Virus record (IMG/VR): IMGVR_UViG_3300025154_000055
Reading direction: 5' to 3' (one strand)
Source: an uncultured virus (IMG/VR IMGVR_UViG_3300025154_000055)
Lineage: Duplodnaviria > Heunggongvirae > Uroviricota > Caudoviricetes
DNA: 59,053 nucleotides
The notes beneath the pieces are model-generated. The model was not told the DNA's origin and did not search any database. It saw only the letters and a list, made by a program, of their open reading frames with translations. Shown here one piece after another: positions 22,910 through 32,256 of this stretch; position 1 is the first letter of the stretch; each line of letters starts with the position of its first letter. Made by a program: the position numbers and the translations under genes.

Positions 22910-23482
22910 ATATCCCCGCTAGTGACCTAAGCTTTAATAGCGCGTTTCCTTATTAAAGTATCCGCGCCAGTCTGTTCGCATAACGACCGTAGCGTATTCC
23001 TCATTAAAGACGCTGTACTCTCTGCCCTAATAGAATCTGTGGTAGACAAGACAGTTACGCCTACGGCGTGCGCTCACAAAAGCGTTCGCGCTGTTTTACG
23101 TTCTCATTGTGAACGTCTTTGTACCCCAATATCTTACCGTAAAAGAGAACGATTGTGAAAGATGGGGAGAACATGCCGAAGTGACGAAGGAACGAGGCAA
23201 CACAGTCCTATACCATGCTCGGAAAAAGCATGATTTAGGATTGCCAATGGTAACACATATACTGACGCGCCGCCCGGTCACTATGTCCGGCGAGGTGTTC
23301 CTACCAGCAGTATATCGTCCTTCCCCCGGAATTTCACCTTAAAGTGGGGATTCGTGACGGTTAATTTGTGCCGAGAATCGTCCAGCCTCTCCTGGAAACT
23401 TTTGGTCGCCCTAAGCATCTCGGTTACGGGTGTGTTCCACTTCCTGTCCTAGCAGGAGTTGGGATGGCAGACATTACTATGA

Positions 23483-23989
23483 CTAGGACATTTTGAGTTC
23501 TGGGTGTTCTTTAAGATACTGACTAGAGGCGCGATTGATTGGAATTATCTCGTTTCGCTTCACCTTGAATGCAATCCATCCTTCTCGCGCTACGTTGATG
23601 TTTTGCCTGTATTTCTTGATTCTTTCCCTTAATAAATACGGTAGTATTGCGAACTGCTTCCCATTGACGTTGTTTCTTAATTTCTGATACAGCCCATCAA
23701 ATTCTTGAATGACAAAAATGCGAACACCCTCTTTTCGAGCAATGCTTCGCTTTAGTTCGTCTCTTTTTCTTTGCGCTAAATAGTCTGAAACGGAGTGTTG
23801 CCACTTGGGGACAAATAGATAGTGCTGTTGGCCTTGAACCTCGAATCCAACATGGTATTTAGGTATATATAGGTCTATCTCCATTCCGTGAAGCCAGTCT
23901 GGACGATAGTTCTCGATTATCACATCGTCCTTGAACCAAAACCTGAATGATTCCGATATTAGAGATTGAAATCCAGAATAATATGGCAT
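23483..23989 (-). CDS. Vsr/DUF559-like PD-(D/E)XK endonuclease
   Basis: EIDLYIP..GFEVQGQQHY..QRKRDELKR. Confidence 0.8.
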   Translation of the reverse strand: MPYYSGFQSLISESFRFWFKDDVIIENYRPDWLHGMEIDLYIPKYHVGFEVQGQQHYLFVPKWQHSVSDYLAQRKRDELKRSIARKEGVRIFVIQEFDGLYQKLRNNVNGKQFAILPYLLRERIKKYRQNINVAREGWIAFKVKRNEIIPINRASSQYLKEHPELKMS

Positions 23990-24151
23990 AAAAGAAACCG
24001 CCGTCCTGTTTCTCGTTTTCACTGTTCTTGTCACGGAAGCAGGATTCTTGAGACAGGTGCGGCGGTTATTACACTTGTATAAACTAAAAATCCTGACCAT
24101 TCCGTGACGAAAATATTGTAGCACATCACAGAGAAAAACGCAAGGGGCAAA

Positions 24152-24403
24152 TTACTCGTTGCATTCTTTCTTTGCTCGGATATAAACGCCCCGTATAGAC
24201 ACGAGAATTGAGAATAGGAATCCCAAAACTATAAGTCCAGCGATAATATATATTACCGCCTTTTCCCCAAACAAAATATATAGCGCCCCAAAAACTGAGA
24301 AAAGTATCAGGAAGAAGACTAGAATCGGCAGGTCTTCCGTCATATCTTTTTTGAAACTCTGCCACGAAATAGCAATCATCTCATATAGAATACACTTGTT
24401 CAT
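24152..24403 (-). CDS. small membrane protein
   Basis: two hydrophobic helices. Confidence 0.6.
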   Translation of the reverse strand: MNKCILYEMIAISWQSFKKDMTEDLPILVFFLILFSVFGALYILFGEKAVIYIIAGLIVLGFLFSILVSIRGVYIRAKKECNE

Positions 24404-24404
24404 T

Positions 24405-24617
24405 TTAGTTCCCCCAATAACAGTAGTCTTTAATGCGCTCTGCCGTCATCACTTCCACCTTGCCCGTCTTTCCCTGCCGTCTCAGTTGCGCCCTGCGGGT
24501 TGACGCGATGTTTGACTTACGGCGACATTCTTGACACATGGCGTTACCCTTGTGAGATATGGACGTTTCTATTTGTGTGCCACACCCCGCCGTACAGGGG
24601 ACTGTGATTCTGTTCAA
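24405..24617 (-). CDS. small zinc-ribbon protein
   Basis: CTAGC/CQEC, GGAGG RBS. Confidence 0.65.
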   Translation of the reverse strand: MNRITVPCTAGCGTQIETSISHKGNAMCQECRRKSNIASTRRAQLRRQGKTGKVEVMTAERIKDYCYWGN

Positions 24618-24642
24618 GTAACACCTCCGAGAGTATTATGCG

Positions 24643-25179
24643 TTAGTGGGCGGTAATTGTACATGGTACTATAGTCGCGCCCCACCCGTACTGACGAAAC
24701 TCTTTCAGGAACTTATCGGGGTTCTCGCCAAGATAGATAATCGCTTGCCCTTGAAGGGGTGCGCCAGTGGGTTTGAGACTCATATCTAAGAACCTGACAC
24801 GCGATGACGGGAACACCACCGCTGATGCCACGCGAGCCAAGACTTTGAACCACTCTGTTTCTGTGGCGTTGTTCACGAGAACGATTGCCTCTGAAATATT
24901 GCCAAGAGAAAACTCTAGCGCCATCTTTTCTGTAAATTGAGATACCAATTTGCTAGAATATGGAGGGTTCATCCATGCCCTACCCGACCAGTTCTTATCC
25001 AGTCCGTTCGTCTCTTCTGTGTAGAACGTGGTAGCGCGAACGATAGTATTGGCGACTTCGCTAGACGCGGGGTCTAGGTCGATACTACCCATGACGCGCC
25101 TTGCAGACTCTATGATATAGGACGGGGTGTACCACTCGTTATTTCCAGAATTGTGGGTGACGTGCGGTTTATCTGTCAT
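24643..25179 (-). CDS. phage DNA N6-adenine methyltransferase
   Basis: EWYTP, DLDPAS and NPPY motifs. Confidence 0.9.
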   Translation of the reverse strand: MTDKPHVTHNSGNNEWYTPSYIIESARRVMGSIDLDPASSEVANTIVRATTFYTEETNGLDKNWSGRAWMNPPYSSKLVSQFTEKMALEFSLGNISEAIVLVNNATETEWFKVLARVASAVVFPSSRVRFLDMSLKPTGAPLQGQAIIYLGENPDKFLKEFRQYGWGATIVPCTITAH

Positions 25180-25361
25180 TACTCGTCCTCGTCATATCGG
25201 GAGTCCAGTTCTGCTATCTTCTTGTCAATCCAGGCGCTTATCCTATTTCTGACCATACTGGAGATATACCAAAGAACCCCAAAGATGGTAAACATTGCTA
25301 GAAACATTGTGAACAGAATTGTCATTAGCCCGATAGTCGCCAAGTCGTTTACGGTAATCAT
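25179..25361 (-). CDS. small membrane protein
   Basis: one TM helix, GAGG RBS. Confidence 0.6.
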   Translation of the reverse strand: MITVNDLATIGLMTILFTMFLAMFTIFGVLWYISSMVRNRISAWIDKKIAELDSRYDEDE

Positions 25362-25366
25362 GCAGA

Positions 25367-25393
25367 ACCTCTCTAAAGATTACTTGACATAAT
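25367..25393. repeat. 27-bp dispersed motif copy
   Basis: ACCTCTCTAAAGATTACTTGACATAAT. Confidence 0.8.
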
Positions 25394-25394
25394 G

Positions 25395-25631
25395 TCATTT
25401 AGGAAACAAGTATCCACCTAAGAGTGCTAATCCAGCCGCTATAGCCCAAAACAGGGGATAGCTGAGCAAGAGTTGCGTCTCCGTCATTTCGGGGTGGGAG
25501 AACCGAAAGACGATAGCAATTGCCACGGAAGACGCCCATGCCAGTACGGACAGGATTTGTGGGGCGTAGCGTTTTAGGGACTTCACGTTAAGTCCACAAT
25601 ATCGGACAGGTCGTAGCAACGCAGAACCCAT
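25395..25631 (-). CDS. small membrane protein
   Basis: two TM helices; start uncertain. Confidence 0.55.
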   Translation of the reverse strand: MGSALLRPVRYCGLNVKSLKRYAPQILSVLAWASSVAIAIVFRFSHPEMTETQLLLSYPLFWAIAAGLALLGGYLFPK

Positions 25632-25867
25632 CCCATTTTAGAATCGCCGTCTACAAAAGAGTTACTGAGAGCAGTCCAGAACTCATCGATTGTTTTCGGA
25701 CTTCCGAGTGAGCGTAGAACGCTTTCGTATTTATTGGGCGTATCTAACTGGTACAGAATGTGTTCTGTCAGTTTGTTTTCGCCCTCTATTCCGTAGTCGG
25801 CGTAGAACGGGAAGATGGTTTCAGTTCCCTCATCGTATGCTCCCGCCAGTAGGTATAGTTTCTTCAT
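25583..25867 (-). CDS. hypothetical protein
   Basis: ATGA overlap, operon context. Confidence 0.65.
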   Translation of the reverse strand: MKKLYLLAGAYDEGTETIFPFYADYGIEGENKLTEHILYQLDTPNKYESVLRSLGSPKTIDEFWTALSNSFVDGDSKMGWVLRCYDLSDIVDLT

Positions 25868-26325
25868 TGGCGTTTATCCTTATAGAAGTCTTTCCACGAG
25901 AAGTCCGTATCATTATTAACGTGCTGCGTCATCATAAGTGAGTGCTCGTAAGACGGAAGAGACACCTTAATGTCTGGATACAGCGCCTTAAGGTCGAAAT
26001 CGTGTACGGTGTAGACTACAGGATGCTCGCGCTTGAATGACGCCGGAATCCATCGGAGATAGTAGTCATCCACGGCGTACCACTTCTCTTTCAGCGCTTC
26101 TTTCCAGTCTCTTGGATACTTGACTGTGAAGGTCTTAACACTCTCTCCCCACAAATACCCGTTGACTCTAACTCCGAATCCCACTAAGAGATAGTCGGTG
26201 AACAGTTCTGCGTTAGCGTCCAGAAACTTCTCTTGGAATGTTTGTAACATCCCGAATCGAATCTTTTCGAGACGAATTGTCCTGTATGACGGACTAAAGT
26301 CTAGCGTATCGTCTTGTTGCGTCAT
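25864..26325 (-). CDS. hypothetical protein
   Basis: likely start MTQQDD overlapping the upstream stop. Confidence 0.65.
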   Translation of the reverse strand: MTQQDDTLDFSPSYRTIRLEKIRFGMLQTFQEKFLDANAELFTDYLLVGFGVRVNGYLWGESVKTFTVKYPRDWKEALKEKWYAVDDYYLRWIPASFKREHPVVYTVHDFDLKALYPDIKVSLPSYEHSLMMTQHVNNDTDFSWKDFYKDKRQ

Positions 26326-26915
26326 GAGTGGGGTTCTCGCGCTGACTCTGCCGCCCACGCCATTGCCTTCTGGAGAACGGTATTGTTACTGCCGTTAATG
26401 AGACGCGACACACCTGACTCTGTGATGCTTAGAATCTCGCCTGTCTCTTTCAGGGATTTTCCTTCTACCGTGTGCAATCGGTGTGCGTCCAGGGCGCGTT
26501 GATACCGCATCTCCATCTCTGCGGCAGACTTCTTGCGGCGTCCAATCGTGGACTTATCCCCGTACTTGGCGTAATTGAGTACCTGGTTATGCGCCCCAAT
26601 CTCAGCGGGTGTGCCGTAGAACAAGTTATCTGCGGTACAGTCTGCCTTATTCCCATTCTTGTAGGATGCCATAGCGCGTTCTGGGCGTTCTCCAATGAAC
26701 GCTTGCGCCACAAGCTGTGCCAGACTGACGTTCTTCTGCTTGCCGTTGATACACAGCATGACACGGGTGTATCCTTTGGGCGTAACTAGGAGTCCGTGAA
26801 TCTTGGGTTCCTTCAGAACGTGTCCGAAGATACCGCGAGTGGTGGTTCGGACGCGCCCCAGACTGGAGACTTCGTAATTGTCGTATTGTGTTGCTTTCCA
26901 AACTTCTTCTGTCAT
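26322..26915 (-). CDS. NUMOD4/HNH-derived protein with C-terminal HTH (HNH degenerate)
   Basis: EVWK..YEVSSLGRVR NUMOD4; LVAQAFIG..SYKNGNKADCTADNL; GKSLKETGEILSITESGVSRLING HTH. Confidence 0.85.
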   Translation of the reverse strand: MTEEVWKATQYDNYEVSSLGRVRTTTRGIFGHVLKEPKIHGLLVTPKGYTRVMLCINGKQKNVSLAQLVAQAFIGERPERAMASYKNGNKADCTADNLFYGTPAEIGAHNQVLNYAKYGDKSTIGRRKKSAAEMEMRYQRALDAHRLHTVEGKSLKETGEILSITESGVSRLINGSNNTVLQKAMAWAAESAREPHS

Positions 26916-26926
26916 TGTATATCCTT

Positions 26927-27217
26927 TTAATGAGCGTTCTTACTGCGCTCTTCTAGGCGCTTCTTTTCTTCTGCCCAAAGTGTTTTCCGCGCCTCGTCTA
27001 CGTTTCCGTCCATTGCGTCTTTAATAGCAGAATGCACGGGTCTAAACGCCTCTGCGGACAACACCATCTTTCCAACTTGTCCAGTGGGGTTCACCCATGA
27101 TATGTTAGCAGGGGAGTCGCCCACGTCCCACGCCACTTCGAGCATGTGATCCTGGCGTCCAATCACTACGCCACGAGAGATACGCCCGTTGGTTGCGTAG
27201 AAGGTGACGGTTATCAT
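26927..27217 (-). CDS. hypothetical protein
   Basis: ATGA overlap, operon context. Confidence 0.6.
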   Translation of the reverse strand: MITVTFYATNGRISRGVVIGRQDHMLEVAWDVGDSPANISWVNPTGQVGKMVLSAEAFRPVHSAIKDAMDGNVDEARKTLWAEEKKRLEERSKNAH

Positions 27218-27612
27218 TTTCTCACGAAGTACACGGGATCGCCCACGTTAATAGTTCCAGAAGCGACATATCCGAGATGCTTAGGGCGTTTGTTGTACGC
27301 TTTCAGGGCGCGGCCCAGAGAAATGGCGCGAGCTAACGGGAGGTTTTCGATGTCGCCCTCTTTCTTAAAGGCAATCCCTGTTGCTACGACTTCCCACTTG
27401 GTAACAGTAGACGGCAGTTTGTTGTTGTGCGCCCCATCTGCTTTCACGAGAACGCACACGGTAGACTCAAGAAGTCCCTGGTCTACCCCAACAACCCAGT
27501 ACGGAGCAAGTCCTTCTGGAACATCGGGCAGGGTGTACTTCTTTTCATGCTTGCCCTTCGTGACGTTAGACTTCGGTGCGGCATACGACGTTTTATCAAT
27601 GTGCGTAAACAT
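27214..27612 (-). CDS. hypothetical protein
   Basis: AGGAG RBS, TAATG overlap. Confidence 0.65.
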   Translation of the reverse strand: MFTHIDKTSYAAPKSNVTKGKHEKKYTLPDVPEGLAPYWVVGVDQGLLESTVCVLVKADGAHNNKLPSTVTKWEVVATGIAFKKEGDIENLPLARAISLGRALKAYNKRPKHLGYVASGTINVGDPVYFVRK

Positions 27613-27950
27613 TATTCTCCTTGTAGTGATTCTAGTGTGAATGGTGGATATTTATACAGACTTAGCATTTCGGACACGTACTCGTCTACCGTTTTCTGCC
27701 CTTCACGGGCGCACAACAGACGATACGCTTCTTGCCTTGATGGAATCCCATTATGGGAGGCGTGAGTATCGTGATTCTCCCAAAGCAGATTGCATGGGTG
27801 GTGAATCTTGGCGCGTACCTTGACGGGCATACCCATTACGTCACGCTTGGTGAACAGGCAATGGTGCAGATCAAAAACTCCAGATACGGGAGGATGACAC
27901 TTCATCATCTCTAGGTAGACGCTCTTAGGCATTGCGTTATCGTTAGCCAT
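27612..27950 (-). CDS. His-rich hypothetical protein (possible HNH-like fold)
   Basis: DLHHCL..HHPCNLL..H..H. Confidence 0.6.
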   Translation of the reverse strand: MANDNAMPKSVYLEMMKCHPPVSGVFDLHHCLFTKRDVMGMPVKVRAKIHHPCNLLWENHDTHASHNGIPSRQEAYRLLCAREGQKTVDEYVSEMLSLYKYPPFTLESLQGE

Positions 27951-28132
27951 TATTCCGCCAACTCATAGATTTGGAGCGTTTCTTCTTCAAGAGCGATCCA
28001 TTCCTTAAGGGTCTGTCTCGTCTCCCGTGATACGGGTACGGCACGGAGTCCCGCCCGTAGTAGCGCGATGACTTCTCCGAGATGGTGAATCGGGACGATA
28101 AGTGCTTCGGTGTGAACGAGTTCGTCTTTCAT
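27950..28132 (-). CDS. small hypothetical protein (leaderless-like start)
   Basis: ATG lies ~8 nt downstream of a TATACT -10 box. Confidence 0.55.
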   Translation of the reverse strand: MKDELVHTEALIVPIHHLGEVIALLRAGLRAVPVSRETRQTLKEWIALEEETLQIYELAE

Positions 28133-28191
28133 GCGCTAATAGTATACCAAATTGTCTGTTTTTGATAGATTACTTTAGTCCTATATTATGT

Positions 28192-28218
28192 ACCTCTCAA
28201 CGTGGTAGTTGACATAGT
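28192..28218. repeat. 27-bp dispersed motif copy
   Basis: ACCTCTCAACGTGGTAGTTGACATAGT. Confidence 0.65.
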
Positions 28219-28237
28219 GTGCGTAATCGTTTATGCT
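28209..28237 (+). promoter_or_regulatory. promoter of the portal/late module
   Basis: TTGACA-17bp-TATGCT. Confidence 0.7.
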
Positions 28238-28280
28238 AGTGTATATTGGCGCAGTAACTCTCCAATATCGAAGGACTCTC

Positions 28281-30116
28281 ATGAAAAAGACCGCAAAAGA
28301 CAACTACCCATTGTACGCGAAGGGTGTACAGGCAGGGTGGAACCCTAAAAGCAAACGATGGACGGACATTAACGGGCGTATCACGACGCAATCTAAGGCG
28401 TTGGCGACTACGTTAGAGAAAAACCCTGACGCCTTTGGGGGGAAAGTAAAATATCACTTCCCGACCCCAATCAGCACAAACTTCGAGATTCTGGAAGCGA
28501 ATATGTCCACCTTGAGTGACAATTCCCCCATGTCAGGATTCGCCAATATCCTCAAGGCAACTCTTGGACACGCCGAATCGTACCAGAACACCATGCAGGC
28601 GTCCTATAATAAGGCACTGACTGACTATGAAGTGATGCCCCAAGAACGCAAGAACCAGATGTGGGCAGTACGGGGGTTTGATAAATCGCCTGAGTCGAAA
28701 CCGATGGCGAATTACATGCCCATGCAGATTCAGACGCGCATGAACCTTGCAGAACACTTCTGGCAAACAGATGGGGACGCCATGAACGTCTGCGAAGCCC
28801 CCATTGAAGTTCTCGCACGGGATGTTGACGTAATCTGCCCAGACAAGGCGTTACGGAGAGACATTGAGGACTTCCGAGACGAGATTGGACTCTCTGCCAT
28901 TATAGCGGAAATCTGGTCAGTCATGCGGGAGTACGGTCAGTCCTACCCCTTTGAGGTGTGGGGCGAAGACAACAAGAACGTCCAGATTATCATGTTACCC
29001 CCCAAGCATACGCACATAGGATACAATTGGGCGTATGGACTGTCCTCTATGATGGTGGGACAATCCGAGTGGTCTAAGGCGCTATTAGAGGCGGTGTTTC
29101 CGCCCGCGATGTTCCGTGTCCTGATGCGTCATTGGGACGACTCCCCGATTGCTACGCCGGGGCAAGGCGCGTTCCTGCCTGGGGATAATCTACGCCCTAT
29201 CTTTGATAAGGGGAGAGACTGGTCGCGGTACTCCATGCCGATGCTGTCACGGGGATTCCGAGAACTGGTGTCTCGTCAGGTGTACGAAGATAGCGTTCGT
29301 GCGCTCGTAGAGGGCATTCGTTACCAGTTGTGGGTGATTAAGGTCGGTGATGCCGAACACCCGCCGATGCCGCAGGAAATCGCCGCAGTGAAGTCCATGC
29401 TGAATGGCATTAGTGGCGAACCTACGGGCATGTTTGTGTGGCGGGACAGTCCTCTGACGGTGGAGGTTCATATCCCTGCTGGGTTGGATCAGATGATTGG
29501 CAACGACTATGGCGGAACGCTGACGAAGAACTTCTTCCGCAAGATGGGGATTTCGTCTGAGATCATTTCAGGGGAGATGCCGGGTATGTTGGGATCGTCT
29601 GGTGGACGTGGCGCAGGCGGTGGGTCGAAGGGGGATATTGACGTACAGCTCTACATCGAGCGGGCGCGATACCAGGCGGCACAGGTGACCTCTTGGGCGG
29701 AGTATTTAGTGAGAAAGTGGGCGCGTAACAACAACAAACGAGTGAAGGACTTGAACAAGATTAGACTGCCGTTCATGCCGACCGTGATTGAAATGGAGAA
29801 CCGTATTAAGAACGTGTTTGGGCCAATGTACCGAGATGGGGCACTGTCTCACAGAACATACGTGGGTGGCGCTGGATTGGACGGAGATAATGAACTGACA
29901 CAGAAGAGGTCGGAACTAAAGGATCGTGATATTTTACTTCCGCCAGTTACGTTCGCGCAGGCAGTGGTCGGGTCGGACGGCGAGACAAAAACAGCAGTAC
30001 AAACAGAGCCTCAAGGGAGTCCAGACTCCGCGTCAGAGCAAAACAACGCTATTAGGCGCAAGTCTGGAATTCCCATTAAAGATAAACCAGTAAAGGAAGA
30101 GGAGCTGAAAGAGTAA
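28281..30116 (+). CDS. probable portal protein
   Basis: ~610 aa; portal-like layout (REYGQSYPF, PMLSR, VIKVGDAEHPP); first gene of the virion module. Confidence 0.7.
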   Translation: MKKTAKDNYPLYAKGVQAGWNPKSKRWTDINGRITTQSKALATTLEKNPDAFGGKVKYHFPTPISTNFEILEANMSTLSDNSPMSGFANILKATLGHAESYQNTMQASYNKALTDYEVMPQERKNQMWAVRGFDKSPESKPMANYMPMQIQTRMNLAEHFWQTDGDAMNVCEAPIEVLARDVDVICPDKALRRDIEDFRDEIGLSAIIAEIWSVMREYGQSYPFEVWGEDNKNVQIIMLPPKHTHIGYNWAYGLSSMMVGQSEWSKALLEAVFPPAMFRVLMRHWDDSPIATPGQGAFLPGDNLRPIFDKGRDWSRYSMPMLSRGFRELVSRQVYEDSVRALVEGIRYQLWVIKVGDAEHPPMPQEIAAVKSMLNGISGEPTGMFVWRDSPLTVEVHIPAGLDQMIGNDYGGTLTKNFFRKMGISSEIISGEMPGMLGSSGGRGAGGGSKGDIDVQLYIERARYQAAQVTSWAEYLVRKWARNNNKRVKDLNKIRLPFMPTVIEMENRIKNVFGPMYRDGALSHRTYVGGAGLDGDNELTQKRSELKDRDILLPPVTFAQAVVGSDGETKTAVQTEPQGSPDSASEQNNAIRRKSGIPIKDKPVKEEELKE

Positions 30117-30137
30117 AACAGTACAAAAGTACCATAT

Positions 30138-30181
30138 AAGGGTCTACATAATGTGATATACTAAAACGTGTAGACCCTTTT
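30138..30181 (+). terminator. hairpin after portal, overlapping a promoter-like element
   Basis: AAGGGTCTACA/TGTAGACCCTT followed by Ts; loop contains TGaTATACT. Confidence 0.5.
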
Positions 30182-30204
30182 CGTTATGTCATTAAGGAGC
30201 CCAA

Positions 30205-30396
30205 ATGAAACTTGAAGAAATTGTCTCCAAAAAAACCACTCTTGAATCGTCTATCGTCAAATTGATTCTGGAATTTGAAGACTCGACTGGAATGTTCTGT
30301 GTTGGACTTGGCTTAAATACTGAGTTCCAATCTAGTGGAAGTGTGCCGTATAGGGAACAGAAGGTCGCTGTTTCTGTGGACAACAAGGTGCGGTGA
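30205..30396 (+). CDS. small hypothetical protein
   Basis: AAGGAG RBS; resembles 32249-32425. Confidence 0.65.
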   Translation: MKLEEIVSKKTTLESSIVKLILEFEDSTGMFCVGLGLNTEFQSSGSVPYREQKVAVSVDNKVR

Positions 30397-30402
30397 TATT
30401 CT

Positions 30403-31452
30403 GTGAATATCTCGTGGTTCTCCGCAGACTTAAAAGGCGAACTCAACACAAGTATTCATAGAATATTTGTGCCCTCAACGATGATGAGTCGTGCGGGGTA
30501 TCCATGCTATGTTACCCACATTGCAGAAATACTCTCTGGTAAACCTTCCCCCGAAACACAAAATGCACTACATGAGTCATCGGTTATCGTCTTAGAGCGA
30601 CTGCTGATGAAAGAGTCGCACGAGTTCATCAAAGACATGCGGTTTAAGGGCAAGAAGGTCTTTGTCACGTTTGACGACAATTACGGTCTGATGCCAGCGG
30701 GTGCAGGGAAGTCTTACGAGACATGGCGGGGCGGGAAGAGCGCAGTTGGGGGTCGTGGCGCTATTCTAAACGAATTCCGAGGGGGACTGTCTCTGTGCGA
30801 CGGGTTTATGGTTCCGTCTAAGGTTCTCGCAGAGGACTTCCGTGCTTATAACCCAAATCCCCAATTTGTCCCAAACTACCTTTTGGGTGATTTTTGGGAT
30901 AAACTACCCGGAAAAGACCCCGACAACTTCGTGATTGGGTGGGGCGGAAGTTCGGGTCATTACGAGTCTTGGGGCGGTTCTTCCCTCATTAGCGCTCTTG
31001 AATCATTATGTGCCAAATACCCGCGCCTATATCTTCATTTACAGACAAGAGACCCACGCATCCTAAAAATTCTAGATAGCGCCAAAGTCCGCTATCGCGC
31101 CTATGATTGGGTGAGGTTTGAGGAGTGGCCGAAAATTGTGGCGTCGTTCAACCTATACGCAATGCCCCTATCTGGGGCGTATGATTTACGTCGTTCTGCG
31201 TTAAAGACGACCGAAAGTGCGATGGCGGGCGTTCCGTGGATAGCAACCAAAGCGCCCCCCTACCTTGAAAGCAAGGGCGGGATTTTAGTGGATGACACGA
31301 AGAAGAAGCACTCAGAGAACTGGTTCCGCGCCATAGATTCACTCATTAAGGACAAGGCGCTGTATCAACGTCTCTCAGAAGAGGGACGGGCGTGGGCGAA
31401 AGAGTTTAACGCGGGTGCAGTTCGGACATACGAAAAGGCGTTCGGATTATGA
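30403..31452 (+). CDS. GT-B (GT4-like) glycosyltransferase
   Basis: FDDNY, IGWGGSSGH, RSALKTTESAMAGVPWIAT. Confidence 0.85.
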   Translation: MNISWFSADLKGELNTSIHRIFVPSTMMSRAGYPCYVTHIAEILSGKPSPETQNALHESSVIVLERLLMKESHEFIKDMRFKGKKVFVTFDDNYGLMPAGAGKSYETWRGGKSAVGGRGAILNEFRGGLSLCDGFMVPSKVLAEDFRAYNPNPQFVPNYLLGDFWDKLPGKDPDNFVIGWGGSSGHYESWGGSSLISALESLCAKYPRLYLHLQTRDPRILKILDSAKVRYRAYDWVRFEEWPKIVASFNLYAMPLSGAYDLRRSALKTTESAMAGVPWIATKAPPYLESKGGILVDDTKKKHSENWFRAIDSLIKDKALYQRLSEEGRAWAKEFNAGAVRTYEKAFGL

Positions 31453-31697
31453 AAGAAAAGATTGAATGGCCGCGCCATCTGATTACGACAAAATACTGCG
31501 ACAAATGTGGGTCGCACTTAACTTTTGGGTATTCTTTTAGTGGATATTCGTTGTCGAGTGGCACGCCTGAATATTGGGTTTCGTGCAAATGCCCTAACGC
31601 GAGCTGGTATTCTTGGGGGCACTACAATCAGACCTATGTCGTCAAGTGCGACTCAAAGCAAGTTGCTCAGTCCTACGTGGACGAGGGAAATCAATGA
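31449..31697 (+). CDS. small zinc-ribbon protein
   Basis: CDKC, CKCP; ATGA overlaps. Confidence 0.6.
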   Translation: MKEKIEWPRHLITTKYCDKCGSHLTFGYSFSGYSLSSGTPEYWVSCKCPNASWYSWGHYNQTYVVKCDSKQVAQSYVDEGNQ

Positions 31698-32005
31698 ATA
31701 GGCGCAATTTCCTTAAAGCATTAACAGGTGGATCGATTGGCGTTGCTATCGCTAGTGTTCTTCCTGATTCTATTATCGCCAAACAGATGTCTAAGCGCCA
31801 CGCAGAAGTTTTTGTAGATACGGAACATCATTGCTACATCACGATAGGCGACTCCGACAGAATAGAGGTGGACAGTCTAAATATCAGGATTCAGCACAAT
31901 CTTCCGAAAATATCGGAGTTTGCGCCAGAATATCAGCACATGGATAGAACGCCAACGACAACAATAAGCGTAGAGCATTTTGATAACTCTCTAGCGATTA
32001 CTTGA
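31694..32005 (+). CDS. protein with twin-arginine (Tat) signal
   Basis: MNRRNFLKALTGGSIGVAIA. Confidence 0.7.
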   Translation: MNRRNFLKALTGGSIGVAIASVLPDSIIAKQMSKRHAEVFVDTEHHCYITIGDSDRIEVDSLNIRIQHNLPKISEFAPEYQHMDRTPTTTISVEHFDNSLAIT

Positions 32006-32011
32006 CATAAC
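31985..32011. repeat. 27-bp dispersed motif copy
   Basis: AACTCTCTAGCGATTACTTGACATAAC. Confidence 0.8.
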
Positions 32012-32019
32012 GAAGGAGA

Positions 32020-32256
32020 ATGATGGAAGAAAAAGGCGAGTACAAGGGTGTTCTTGATGGGCTGAATACGCTTCCCAATGGCGTTACTGGTGAGACTGTC
32101 GATTTTTCTGATATTCAGAGTCAAATTGACGCCTTAAAGAAAGAGGTAGAACGTCTATCTGATCCTGAAATTATGGCGCGTTCCGTTCTGCCTGTTTTAT
32201 ACAAGATGTTGATTGAGTCCGCAAAGAAATCTGGACTGGAGACGCCTAATGTCTGA
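32020..32256 (+). CDS. hypothetical protein
   Basis: AAGGAG RBS. Confidence 0.65.
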   Translation: MMEEKGEYKGVLDGLNTLPNGVTGETVDFSDIQSQIDALKKEVERLSDPEIMARSVLPVLYKMLIESAKKSGLETPNV

